A stretch of DNA of 64,000 nucleotides from an uncultured Candidatus Saccharibacteria bacterium (GCA_964641225.1 CAZXKC010000001.1:131602-195601), one strand, 5' to 3'. Numbered from the stretch's first letter, positions 53,219 to 62,805 are shown. The notes: generated by a model not told the origin, from the sequence alone. Made by a program: numbers and translations.

Positions 53219-53276
53219 TTTTTTCCTCTTTCTGTAGTAATGTGTGTCTGGCGCTGGAGTTCAGCGTGGTTGCGGG

Positions 53277-53309
53277 GAGCTAAAAACCGCCGAAAGGCGG
53301 TTTTTAGCT
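53277..53309. terminator. Bidirectional terminator
   Basis: agctaaaaaccgcc-gaaa-ggcggtttttagct. Confidence 0.8.
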
Positions 53310-53315
53310 GGGAAT

Positions 53316-53774
53316 TTATTTATTCAGTGCTGCTTTAAAGAGTTCTTGCGCGGCGGCCGGTACGTGACCACCATAGAACCACATCATGAAGGCATTAGCG
53401 GCAATGCTGCGAATATTTGAGCTTGCGCTCGGCGGAGGATTGAATGCTGCCGCAATTTCCTGGTCAGAATAGTTCGCTAGCAGGAATTGGCCGACGTTCG
53501 TTAAAAAGACGAACGGGAACAGTTCTTTTGGAATGTTGTTACGAATATATATCGTTGGCTGGGCCATTAATTCCTCGTGGCCAGTCCAATGCAGATAGTT
53601 GTTTATAAAACAACCCCAGACGGGGTCGTACCCGTCCGGCTGCAAGCAGTCTTTGTTTATATTGTCCGATAGCGTAACTTTTAATTTTGAGAAGTCGGCC
53701 GCAAGGGCTGGCTGAGCCGCCATAAGCAGGGTTGCGGCAACAGCTCCCGCCAAGGCAATTTTTTTGATAGTCAT
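53316..53774 (-). CDS. Hypothetical secreted protein
   Basis: Signal peptide ending ALA. Confidence 0.7.
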   Translation of the reverse strand: MTIKKIALAGAVAATLLMAAQPALAADFSKLKVTLSDNINKDCLQPDGYDPVWGCFINNYLHWTGHEELMAQPTIYIRNNIPKELFPFVFLTNVGQFLLANYSDQEIAAAFNPPPSASSNIRSIAANAFMMWFYGGHVPAAAQELFKAALNK

Positions 53775-53861
53775 GCCTTCTATAGTACAATACTAAATTA
53801 AAATAAAAAATAGAGAGATTGCTTCATTGAAGAAATATAGAGTTTGTTCGTCTTAGTTAGT

Positions 53862-54500
53862 ATGACTATGGTGTTTAGGGCTATGCGCATAGTTTTTTTG
53901 GTTAGCTGCGTACTAGGGGTGATTTTTTTGTTTGTACTCTACCGGCCTGCCTCGACGATGATTATTAGGTCGCCAGTTGGCGCGGAGGCTTCTGTGGAGC
54001 AGGTTATAGTAAGCGACCCATTAATCGGTAAGCCGCTGACGCTATACATCCCTGCGCTTTCGGTGAATGCGCCAATTCAGGCCGTTGGTAAAGCAGCCAG
54101 TGGCGCTATGGGTACGCCTCAAGGCGTCAATAAATTCCGAGAGGTTGGCTGGTATAAATTTGGTCCGCGTCCAGGTCAGCAGGGCAGTGCAGTGATTGAT
54201 GGCCATCTTGATAATGCACTTTCTCTTAAAGGTGTTTTTTATCACCTTGATCAACTGAAGATTGGCGATGAGGTGAGTGTACAGACCGATGAGGGTGAAC
54301 AGGTGTTTTTCCGAGTGACGCAGGTGCGTACCTATGACTACAAAGACGCATCGACAGATGAGGTGTTTATCTCAAACGATGGTAAGGCTCATTTGAATTT
54401 AATCACCTGCGAGGGGGCGTGGGTGCAACGTGAAAAAAGTTATGACCAGCGACTCGTTGTGTTTACCGATCTTATTTCTATAGCACCAGCCGGTTTTTAG
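53862..54500 (+). CDS. Class F sortase
   Basis: GWY..GPRPGQQGSAVIDGH, LNLITC, RLVV catalytic triad. Confidence 0.9.
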   Translation: MTMVFRAMRIVFLVSCVLGVIFLFVLYRPASTMIIRSPVGAEASVEQVIVSDPLIGKPLTLYIPALSVNAPIQAVGKAASGAMGTPQGVNKFREVGWYKFGPRPGQQGSAVIDGHLDNALSLKGVFYHLDQLKIGDEVSVQTDEGEQVFFRVTQVRTYDYKDASTDEVFISNDGKAHLNLITCEGAWVQREKSYDQRLVVFTDLISIAPAGF

Positions 54501-54603
54501 GATTTTCCTGCTGCGATAACTGTGATCTCTATCGTAATGCACAGGAAAACACAAAAAAGACTATCCCTAGTCTTTTTTGTGCGGGATATGTAACTAGCAC
54601 TTA

Positions 54604-55434
54604 TTATTTTGCTAGTGATTTTTTTGCCAAGAACGTTACGCCGGCACTTGCCGCTGCTGCACTGAGCGCGAGCAGAATGATATTGGCTACAGCCGCACCT
54701 CCTGCGCCTGTGTTAGGTAGGCCTGGAGTCACCACGCTGTAGTTATACGACGCTCCTGTTGGTGCAGAGGCTGAGTAAAAGCCAGTGCCCGGATCATAGT
54801 ACAAGCCTGTTGAAGGATTGTAGTAGGTTCCAAACGCCGAGCTCGAATAGCCCGCAGGAATGTTGTATCCGCCGCTGGAGTTAAACGAGGCCGGTCCGGT
54901 CGGTGCTGTCGTTGAATACTGTCCGGTCATCGGGTTGTAGTACAATCCATTCGAGTTATTGTAGTATATCCCGTTTGAATTATACGAACTGTATCCGCCC
55001 GGAATAGTGTAGGTTGTTCCATTTGCCGCTGTGTATGAGGTTGATGGATACGTTGGTCCGGATGGCGCCGTTGTTGAATAAAATCCGGTAACCGGATCAT
55101 AATATTGTCCGGTTGAAGAATTGTAATACGTTCCATACGACGAATTAGTAAATCCGGCCGGGACCGTATAGGTTCCATCTGGATTTCGTGTCGCAGGTCC
55201 TGTCGGGGCTGTCGAAGAATACTGTCCCGTTGTTGGGTTATAATACTGTCCAGCCGAAGAGTTATAATATGTTCCATTGGCATACGGCTGATAGCCCGCC
55301 GGCACAGAATACATTGTTCCGTTTGGGCCCGTATAAGTAGATTGAGCAGATGCTATTCCGCTACCAGCTAAAAGTGCAGCGCTTGTCGCTACGAGGGCGA
55401 TAGCTGCTGCTTTAGACATTTTTTGTAGTTTCAT
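54604..55434 (-). CDS. LPNTG-anchored surface protein with Tyr/Gly-rich YYNPxTGxY repeats
   Basis: Signal peptide; duplicated module; PGLPNTG + TM + KK tail. Confidence 0.85.
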   Translation of the reverse strand: MKLQKMSKAAAIALVATSAALLAGSGIASAQSTYTGPNGTMYSVPAGYQPYANGTYYNSSAGQYYNPTTGQYSSTAPTGPATRNPDGTYTVPAGFTNSSYGTYYNSSTGQYYDPVTGFYSTTAPSGPTYPSTSYTAANGTTYTIPGGYSSYNSNGIYYNNSNGLYYNPMTGQYSTTAPTGPASFNSSGGYNIPAGYSSSAFGTYYNPSTGLYYDPGTGFYSASAPTGASYNYSVVTPGLPNTGAGGAAVANIILLALSAAAASAGVTFLAKKSLAK

Positions 55435-55561
55435 TGTAGTAGTGATGTGTGTAGAGGTTAGTTGATAAATGTGTGTGTCGACCACCACATAGATTGAGAC
55501 GGCGTCAATAACTCTTTCTTAAAGAAGAGTTGAATTAGCTTTTATAGCAGAAGTTCGTAGC

Positions 55562-56341
55562 TCAAGCTTGCTTTCTCAGATTTGCTTTAACGTGCTTAAG
55601 ATACGCCACGACGATGAAGCAAATGATGATCATCAAAAACCAGGAGGTTATTTTTCGCCATGTGACCAGTTCCCATGCATGGATTTGAGAGGGGTATTGC
55701 CAGGCCCCATAGAATGTCCCGATATTTTCTGCAAACCACACAAATATTGCAATGAGTACAAAACTTAGCCCGAGCGGCATGCGATATGTTTTCTGCCGAG
55801 GCGTAAATTCAACCCAGGTTTTTCTATATAAAATAAAGATTGCAGCGATTAGGAAGAGGCGGATATCGTAGACAAAGTGGTTTGTAAAAAAGTTGAGATA
55901 GATAAGGATGCCTAGAATAACGCTGTAGATGTAGTGAGGATAATTCACGAGTTTAAGGTTGAGCATCTTCCACGCGTGAGCGATATAGCTGCCTATTGAG
56001 GCATACATAAATCCGCTAAATAAAGGAACGGCAAAGATTTTCAAATATCCGGCTTCAGGATACGACCAGGAGCCGACCATTGGGCTTGTTTTGTATATTT
56101 CTAAAATGACTCCGATAATATGGAAGAGAACGATCGTTTTTGCCTCATCTATCGTCTCAAGTTTAAAGATCAGCATCAGTATTTGAATTGCCACCGCGGC
56201 GATAAACAAAAAGTCATAGCGATACAGGCCGGGGATATGTATATACGTTGATGCAAAGATTAAGAAAAGAAATACTCCGGCAAAGAGCGCCGAGCGAGCT
56301 TGCTTGAGAGTAAAGGCAATAAAATCTTGAATCATGGGCAT
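55562..56341 (-). CDS. DUF817 family membrane protein
   Basis: RYDFL, LET.DE.K.I..FH, GSWSYPE, PLFSGFMYA, AENIGT. Confidence 0.85.
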   Translation of the reverse strand: MPMIQDFIAFTLKQARSALFAGVFLFLIFASTYIHIPGLYRYDFLFIAAVAIQILMLIFKLETIDEAKTIVLFHIIGVILEIYKTSPMVGSWSYPEAGYLKIFAVPLFSGFMYASIGSYIAHAWKMLNLKLVNYPHYIYSVILGILIYLNFFTNHFVYDIRLFLIAAIFILYRKTWVEFTPRQKTYRMPLGLSFVLIAIFVWFAENIGTFYGAWQYPSQIHAWELVTWRKITSWFLMIIICFIVVAYLKHVKANLRKQA

Positions 56342-56422
56342 AATTTTATAACGATAATAATATATTGACAAACGATAAATAGCCAGATAGACTGTAGATA
56401 TAGATTAATTAGTTATTTTTTT

Positions 56423-56908
56423 ATGATCAAACGAGGATCAACGAATATTTTACGGCTGGCAATTTTCGGCATTGGACTGATTGTCCTTGCCTTGTGTATA
56501 TTTGCACTACCGGAAATTTGGAATGGCGGCTCATTAGAATTTCCAGAGGCGAGCACGGCACTGTTCTTGATCATGATGGGCATGTATGCAACCACTGTGC
56601 CGTTTTTTATCGCGCTGTGGCAGGCTCTGCAATTGCTGCGCTACATTGACGAGCGAACTGCTTTTTCTGAATTGTCGGTCAAGTCGCTCAAGCATATAAA
56701 ACACTGTGCGATTATTATCGCCGCCTTCTATGTCGGCGGCGTGCCATTACTGTATCCAATCGCGGAATCCGATGACGCACCTGGCCTTATATTAATCGGC
56801 GCGGCTATTGCCTGTGCTCCGATTGTTGTGGCTGTTTTTGCTGCAGTGCTTGAACGACTGCTCCGCGAGGCGATCGCGATAAAATCAGAAAACGATTTAA
56901 CCGTATAA
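56423..56908 (+). CDS. DUF2975 family membrane protein
   Basis: AFSELSV.SL..IK.CA, C-terminal AIAIKSENDLTV. Confidence 0.88.
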   Translation: MIKRGSTNILRLAIFGIGLIVLALCIFALPEIWNGGSLEFPEASTALFLIMMGMYATTVPFFIALWQALQLLRYIDERTAFSELSVKSLKHIKHCAIIIAAFYVGGVPLLYPIAESDDAPGLILIGAAIACAPIVVAVFAAVLERLLREAIAIKSENDLTV

Positions 56909-56918
56909 CTTTGAGCGT

Positions 56919-57122
56919 ATGGCGATTATTATCAACATCGACGTTATGCTGGCTAAGCGCAAGATGAGCGTTACTGAACTCGCTGACCGAGTCGGCATCA
57001 CCATGGCCAATATCTCTGTTTTGAAAAATGAAAAGGCCAGAGCAATTCGTTTTTCAACGCTCGAGGCAATTTGCAAGGCGTTAGATTGCCAACCCGGGGA
57101 TATTTTAGAGTACAAAAAATAG
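56919..57122 (+). CDS. XRE/Cro-like transcriptional regulator (YozG-like)
   Basis: LADRVGIT.AN.S.LKN.KA.AIRFSTL..IC.AL.CQPGDIL. Confidence 0.92.
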   Translation: MAIIINIDVMLAKRKMSVTELADRVGITMANISVLKNEKARAIRFSTLEAICKALDCQPGDILEYKK

Positions 57123-57183
57123 TCGAGACTCTGCGCTTCGGCTTTATTGCTAAAACCGGACTACGGTATGGTATAATATAACC

Positions 57184-57870
57184 ATGACTAATAGTCCGGA
57201 TTTAAAAAGCCGTGCAATCACTCTGCGTAAACAAGGGCTTACGTATTCAGAGATTATGGCGCAAATTCCTGTTGCTAAATCAACTCTATCTGACTGGCTG
57301 CATTCGGTAGGCTTGGCAAAACTCCAAAAACAGATTCTTACCGAAAAGAAAAAATTAGGACAACAGCGTGCTGCAGCGGCGAAAAGAACGCAAAGAATAG
57401 AAAAGGAATCTGCGATTAGAGTGGGAGCAAAATCTGAAGTTGCACATTTGATTAAAGACCCTTTGTGGCTTTTAGGTGTCGTTCTCTATTGGAGCGAAGG
57501 CAGTAAGCAGAAAGCATGGACTACATCAATGGGAGTTCGTTTTATGAATATGGATCTGGAGGCCCATAGACTCTTTATAAAATGGAGTAAAAAATATTTA
57601 AATACGAGCCCGGAATATTTTCGGTTTGAAATTTATATTCATGAAAAAGCCAACATTGAAAAAGCAAAAAGTTATTGGTCAAAAAATTTGAGTATCCCAA
57701 CAGAAGAAATTCGGATCTATTATAAAAAGCATAATCTCAACCCAAACAGGAAAAATATACATCAAGATTATTATGGAGTTCTTAGAACATCAATCAGTAA
57801 AAGCACGGATTTAAATAGGAAGATTGCAGGTTGGACTGAGGGTGTGATAAAGTACTTCCAACAGAAATAG
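57184..57870 (+). CDS. HTH plus degenerate LAGLIDADG-like domain protein, adjacent to tRNA
   Basis: LRKQG.TYSEI..V.KSTLS.W HTH; LGVVLYWSEGSK; AT-rich. Confidence 0.65.
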   Translation: MTNSPDLKSRAITLRKQGLTYSEIMAQIPVAKSTLSDWLHSVGLAKLQKQILTEKKKLGQQRAAAAKRTQRIEKESAIRVGAKSEVAHLIKDPLWLLGVVLYWSEGSKQKAWTTSMGVRFMNMDLEAHRLFIKWSKKYLNTSPEYFRFEIYIHEKANIEKAKSYWSKNLSIPTEEIRIYYKKHNLNPNRKNIHQDYYGVLRTSISKSTDLNRKIAGWTEGVIKYFQQK

Positions 57871-57878
57871 AAGCTGAT

Positions 57879-57949
57879 TGGGGGGTCGTCTAACGGCAGG
57901 ACTCCAGGTTTTGGTCCTGGCTATGAGGGTTCGATTCCTTCCCCCCCAA
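57879..57949 (+). tRNA. tRNA-Gln (TTG)
   Basis: Acceptor TGGGGGG/CCCCCCA, anticodon arm CCAGG-TTTTGGT-CCTGG, T arm GAGGG-TTCGATT-CCTTC; CCA not encoded. Confidence 0.95.
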
Positions 57950-57952
57950 CAT

Positions 57953-58576
57953 ATGAAAATTCTTCACAGAGTTGAATCGATAGAGGCCAAAAGGACTTTT
58001 GTGGTTGCTGATTACATCACACAAAGAAAGACTACTGGTAATAATCGCAAGTTCCTCAAAGACGTATCAGAAAAAGAATTTAGTGAAAAATTGATCCAAG
58101 CGAAGAAAGTAATACTGAAGTTGGATGAAAAAGATTTGGATAGGCTTGTGAGTCCAAAATGGCCCAAGAGAATTAAAGCATACAACAATAGCCAGTGGTT
58201 TTTAGCACAAGTTAGCGCGAAAGAAGTAGGAGTTTGGCGTCGAGCCGGAAACTTACCTTTACAATGGACAAACGGTTCACTTTTTGAAACTGCAGGAAAA
58301 GTTAAAGCTGCCTTGATGACAAATTCGAAGCTGCTAAAGCAGCGACCAAAGCACAGCATTCCGAATATTTTAAAAATAAAAACTCATTTAGAACAGAAAG
58401 AAAAATACTTATACCCGATTGTTTTTAAGACTGATACGGGTACAAAAGGTAGAAAGCGATTGAAAAATAAAACGAAGGGTGATATTGATGACGGTTGCAT
58501 GCGCTCTATCGCTCTAGCTATCAGCGGTAGAAATCCTATAACTGTTTATTTCGGGATTCCTAAAAAAGAGACTTAA
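57953..58576 (+). CDS. Hypothetical basic AT-rich protein
   Basis: ATG 4 nt after tRNA; 'IDDGCMRSIALA' is weakly ParB/Srx-like. Confidence 0.65.
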   Translation: MKILHRVESIEAKRTFVVADYITQRKTTGNNRKFLKDVSEKEFSEKLIQAKKVILKLDEKDLDRLVSPKWPKRIKAYNNSQWFLAQVSAKEVGVWRRAGNLPLQWTNGSLFETAGKVKAALMTNSKLLKQRPKHSIPNILKIKTHLEQKEKYLYPIVFKTDTGTKGRKRLKNKTKGDIDDGCMRSIALAISGRNPITVYFGIPKKET

Positions 58577-58585
58577 TAACTTTCT

Positions 58586-59023
58586 ATGCCTGAATTAAAA
58601 ACAAAGGTGAATACGGCCAGTGTCGAGAAATTTTTGCACACGATTAAAGACGAGCATAAGCGCGCTGATTGCTTTGTTATCTCTAAGATGATGGAGAGAG
58701 CGACAAAATCTAAGCCGGAAATGTGGGGTACATCGATCGTTGGCTTTGGTCGCAGAACGTATACGTATGCAAATGGTAAAACGGGAGAGTGGATGGTTAT
58801 CGGCTTTGCCCCGCGCAAACAAAATATTGCGCTCTACGGTTTAAAAGTTTTTGAAATGACAAAAGGTGGCTTGAAAGAGCCCAAAGGAGCAAATGATTTT
58901 CTCTTAACCCTAGGAAAATATAAAGAAGGCGGCGGCTGTCTCTATATCAATACGCTCTCCGACGTTAACACGAAGCAGCTTGAGAAAATCATCACGCTCG
59001 CGGTACGTCGTAGCAAACAATAG
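58586..59023 (+). CDS. DUF1801 (YdhG-like) protein
   Basis: MWGTSIVGFG..Y, GFAPRKQ, LGKYK.G.GCLYI. Confidence 0.88.
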   Translation: MPELKTKVNTASVEKFLHTIKDEHKRADCFVISKMMERATKSKPEMWGTSIVGFGRRTYTYANGKTGEWMVIGFAPRKQNIALYGLKVFEMTKGGLKEPKGANDFLLTLGKYKEGGGCLYINTLSDVNTKQLEKIITLAVRRSKQ

Positions 59024-59111
59024 CTTACTATTTTATTTCAGGTGTTCAATGAGCGCCACCTCTAAGAGGGTATGGTCGGCCGCGAGTATACGCGACATTC
59101 GCATACTCGGT

Positions 59112-60224
59112 TTATGAGTTGCTTTTCAAGTGTTCTATCAAAGCAACTTCAATGGGTATAGTCGCAAACGGTGAATAGCGCATTTGGGAATAAGCGACAA
59201 TTAACGCTTTAAGTAGTGGGATGTGTTTTTTGTCGTCTAACTTTCGTGCGTGTTCTTTGATGTGTCCAAGCTCTTTTGTCGTTAGCTCTTTTTTAAAGAA
59301 GTTTTCGAGGTCGGCGTTGTATTTCAGCGTTAAGGCGCGGCGTAAATAGTGAATAAGTTCTTTGGTGAGGTCGACGACGTTGTGACCGCCGGAATTAAGT
59401 TCGCTTAAATAGGCGAGTGAACCCTTGAGATCATTTGCCAGAATTTTATCTGCAAGCTCTATGACCCGGCCGTAACCGACTGTGCCCAGGTTTTCTTCAA
59501 TTGTTTTAACGGTAACTTTCTCGGCAAGCGAGGTAATCTGCGTCAGCAGGCTTTCGGCGTCCCTGAAACTGCCTTCAGCAAGCGCGGCAATGAGCTCGAT
59601 CGCATCGTCATCGATTTTTAGCTTTTCTGTTTTCGCGATTGTCTTTAATTTTCCGATAATAATATCGAGCGGGAGCTTACGGAAATGAAATCGTTGCGCT
59701 CTGCTGGCAATAGTTGTCGGGACTTTATCAAACTCGGTTGTGGCGAGGATAAATATCGCGTGACTCGGCGGCTCTTCGAGCGTTTTAAGCAGGGCATTAA
59801 ACGCACCTTTTGAAAGCATGTGCACCTCGTCGAAGATAATGACTTTGTTTGGATAGCTCGACGGCGCAAGCCGGACGCCTTCTATAATATCGCGCACGTT
59901 ATCGACACCGGTGTTGCTTGCAGCATCAATTTCTATAACGTCGACGCCGCGACCGGCATCGATTTCGTCACAGGCTGTGCATTTGTTGCAGGGTTCGCCG
60001 GTAGCCCTAAAGCGCGCGTCGCGCGCTCGGGTAAAACAGCAGGCGAGTTTGGCAAGCAGGCGGGCTGCAGTTGTTTTACCGCTTCCGCGCGGGCCGAAAA
60101 ATAAATAGGCGTGGCCAAGTTTGCCGGTTGCTGCAGCGCTTTTGAGAACGCCGGTTACTTGTTCTTGGCCAAGGAGTTCATCAAGTGTTTTCGGGCGATA
60201 TTTTCTGTACAATGCTAACGTCAT
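59112..60224 (-). CDS. dnaX: DNA polymerase III subunit gamma/tau
   Basis: LYRKYRP, GPRGSGKTT, EIDAASN, DEVHMLS..FNALLKTLEEPP. Confidence 0.97.
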   Translation of the reverse strand: MTLALYRKYRPKTLDELLGQEQVTGVLKSAAATGKLGHAYLFFGPRGSGKTTAARLLAKLACCFTRARDARFRATGEPCNKCTACDEIDAGRGVDVIEIDAASNTGVDNVRDIIEGVRLAPSSYPNKVIIFDEVHMLSKGAFNALLKTLEEPPSHAIFILATTEFDKVPTTIASRAQRFHFRKLPLDIIIGKLKTIAKTEKLKIDDDAIELIAALAEGSFRDAESLLTQITSLAEKVTVKTIEENLGTVGYGRVIELADKILANDLKGSLAYLSELNSGGHNVVDLTKELIHYLRRALTLKYNADLENFFKKELTTKELGHIKEHARKLDDKKHIPLLKALIVAYSQMRYSPFATIPIEVALIEHLKSNS

Positions 60225-60274
60225 GAGGATAATTTGTACTTATAGTATAGAAGGTAACAAGAATTTGCACGCTA

Positions 60275-60303
60275 TTGACAAATAAGTAATAGTGTGCTAT
60301 AAT
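60275..60303 (+). promoter_or_regulatory. sigma70 promoter of orphan cassette
   Basis: TTGACA-17-TATAAT with extended -10 TG. Confidence 0.8.
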
Positions 60304-60389
60304 GAACTTAACCGCATGGTGCGGGGGTTTGCGATTTTTTTTCTCAGGGATCGAGGCTTCACGGCCTCATGTAGTAGGGAGGTAGTTCG

Positions 60390-61238
60390 ATGCAGGAGCT
60401 GAATGTCACGGCAGTGGTTCCGGACGTTGCGACGTTCGCCAAGGAACGTTGGGGCATCTCGATTCTCGATTGCGCGACCGAGCGGGAGCTGCGCGACCGA
60501 GTGTTCGAGAACGTTTTCCTCAAGACGACCAGCAAGGACTTCGTCGAGCGCATGATGGCTCTGGATGTCCTGTTCGGGATGAATCCAACCTTCCTGCAGT
60601 CTGACGAGGCGCGCGTGTGTCGTGAGTTCTGTCTCAAGGAGTTCGCGCCGAGCGTCGATGACTTCTGGGAGATCGTCAGGGCGCAGCCGTTCAAGCGCTT
60701 CTCGACGCTCCAGGCCTTCTGGCGACAGAAGGATCTGGACGAGAACGACCGCTACCGGAAGGAGCAGCAGGAGGCGCACGAGCGCTATCTCGCAGAACAG
60801 GAGCAGCGACGTCTGGACAATCAGCGCGAGAAGGCCAAGCGAGAGCACGAGGAGCGTCTCAAGCGCATGACCTCGTTCTCGAATCTGGAGAGCTTCCTGG
60901 CGGTCCAGAAGATCGTCCGCAAGACGGGGGAGTCGAATGTCAACCTGCGACAGCGGGCCTTCGTCGAACTCTTCCTGCGCAGCAACCGGATGGCCGAGGA
61001 GGTGCGTTTCGTCGCGCGGGCCGAGGCGATGGAGGTGCTGATCGGATTCCGTCCCAAGTACCTGCGCATCGATGACCTGCGATGGGCGGAGCGGTTCTGT
61101 GATCGGAACATGCTCCAGTCCAAGGACAGTCTCGAGGAGTTCGCATCCACCTGGCAGGAGCGTATGCCTTCAGCGGTCGATCTGCTCAAGCGGCTCGGCC
61201 TGAGTGCGAAGGTCATCGGAGAGGCTGTCGCGGCGTAG
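60390..61238 (+). CDS. GC-rich orphan protein with duplicated domain and central coiled coil, SD-led
   Basis: GGGAGGT 6 nt before ATG; terminator hairpin at about 61261-61292. Confidence 0.8.
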   Translation: MQELNVTAVVPDVATFAKERWGISILDCATERELRDRVFENVFLKTTSKDFVERMMALDVLFGMNPTFLQSDEARVCREFCLKEFAPSVDDFWEIVRAQPFKRFSTLQAFWRQKDLDENDRYRKEQQEAHERYLAEQEQRRLDNQREKAKREHEERLKRMTSFSNLESFLAVQKIVRKTGESNVNLRQRAFVELFLRSNRMAEEVRFVARAEAMEVLIGFRPKYLRIDDLRWAERFCDRNMLQSKDSLEEFASTWQERMPSAVDLLKRLGLSAKVIGEAVAA

Positions 61239-61318
61239 CGACGGAGACAGAACATCAACTGAGGCGCGGTGACCACATGGTCGCCGCGCCTCTTAACTTT
61301 TTATAGTAGACTATATAG

Positions 61319-62596
61319 ATGGCTGTTCGAAACACCGCTCTTATTACCTGCGTGACTTTACTTCTGGTCATTGGGGCCGGTATTTTTTTACTTACGATGC
61401 CAGATGCGCGTTCTACATTGCTTGGATCGCTGACGCCGAGCACGGAGCCGGTGCATATTGACCCAAACGCAGATATTGAACCGCAACAGAAGTTAGAGCA
61501 TCCGCCGCATCCTATTAAGGCAATGTATTTAACCTCCTGGTCTGCCGGAGGCGCTGCGGCAGTGGCGCGCGCCGTTGATTTAATTTCAAGCACAGAATTA
61601 AATGCTGTTGTAATTGATATTAAAGATTACACTGGCATGGTCAGTTATAAGCCGGCGATTGCGCAGGTAGTTGATTACGAGGCGTTTGAACCGCGCATTA
61701 AAAAAATTAATGCGCTCATTAAACAATTTCACGATGCGGGTGCGTATGTGATCGGTCGTATCGCCGTGTTTCAGGACCCGCAGCTTGCAAAGGCGCGGCC
61801 TGAGTTTGCGCTAAAGAGTAAAAAAACCGGACTGCCGTGGGGTGATCGAAACGGGATTCATTGGATGGACGCGGCTGCGCCGGCTGTGTGGGATTACAAC
61901 ATTGCGATTGCAAAGGATGCGCTGCAGCGTGGGTTTGATGAGGTTCAGTTTGACTACATCCGGTTTCCGACTGACGGCGATCTGACGGATATTCAATATG
62001 CATTTTACGATCCCGCCAAAGAGCCAAAACGACAGGTGATTACGAATTTTCTTGCGCATGCGCGCAGCGAGTTGCCGTACGCAAACATTTCAGTCGATAT
62101 TTTTGGCGAGACGGCGGTATTTGGCGAGGACACGGGGATTGGTCAAAAATTTGAGGATCCGTTTCCCTATGTTGATGCGGTTGCGCCGATGATTTATCCG
62201 TCGCATTTTGCAAGCGGCTTTCTTGGGTTTACAAAACCAGCCGAGCATCCGTATGACGTTATTTTGTATGCCATGAACGGTGGTTTTGCAAAATTAAAAA
62301 AACTTGAGCAGACATTTTTGAAAACGCCGAGCTCTACCTTGCCTGCGCTTGCAGAAATTCGACCGTGGCTACAGGATTTTAATTTAGGGGCGACGTATGA
62401 CGCGGCAAAAGTCCGGGCACAAATTGATGCGGCAAACGATGCTGCGCGAAAAGCAGCGGGATGCAAGACGCAACACACAACTGACAACTTACAACCTACA
62501 ACCGATGTTTGTAAGAATATTGAGATTGGCTGGATGCTCTGGGGTGCGGGATCGGGGAATAACACTAAGGGGGCGCTGAAGGCAGAAGCGAATTAG
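61319..62596 (+). CDS. Putative glycoside hydrolase (DUF4015-like)
   Basis: NAVVIDIKD, GRIAVFQD, GFDEVQFDYIRFP, PMIYPSH, RPWLQDF. Confidence 0.85.
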   Translation: MAVRNTALITCVTLLLVIGAGIFLLTMPDARSTLLGSLTPSTEPVHIDPNADIEPQQKLEHPPHPIKAMYLTSWSAGGAAAVARAVDLISSTELNAVVIDIKDYTGMVSYKPAIAQVVDYEAFEPRIKKINALIKQFHDAGAYVIGRIAVFQDPQLAKARPEFALKSKKTGLPWGDRNGIHWMDAAAPAVWDYNIAIAKDALQRGFDEVQFDYIRFPTDGDLTDIQYAFYDPAKEPKRQVITNFLAHARSELPYANISVDIFGETAVFGEDTGIGQKFEDPFPYVDAVAPMIYPSHFASGFLGFTKPAEHPYDVILYAMNGGFAKLKKLEQTFLKTPSSTLPALAEIRPWLQDFNLGATYDAAKVRAQIDAANDAARKAAGCKTQHTTDNLQPTTDVCKNIEIGWMLWGAGSGNNTKGALKAEAN

Positions 62597-62633
62597 GCTC
62601 TGAAAGCCCTTGGAGTATAGGGTTTTAGGGTAC

Positions 62634-62662
62634 TTGACAAAATACGACATCGGGTGTATAAT
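62634..62662 (+). promoter_or_regulatory. sigma70 promoter of DGR target gene
   Basis: TTGACA-17-TATAAT. Confidence 0.8.
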
Positions 62663-62805
62663 ATACATTAGGTCTTTGAAAGCAGAGTTGCTAGATTAGC
62701 CGCACAAATTGGGTTGTTTTTAATCAAAAAATAGACCAATTTGTGCGGCTAAGAACTCACCGTGTGGTGAGAGCCGTGAGTTCTCTTTTTTCGGAGGAAC
62801 AGCCC

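Noticed and set aside
54780-55330. Duplicated module as a VR/TR pair
   Set aside because: Both copies are coding and differences are not adenine-restricted.
42340-55445. Recurring GTAGTA upstream of several genes as an ECF -10 element
   Set aside because: A 6-mer recurs by chance in 64 kb and I found no consistent -35 partner.
57878-57952. N-terminal extension of ORF 57878-58576
   Set aside because: Overlaps tRNA-Gln; the real start is ATG 57953.
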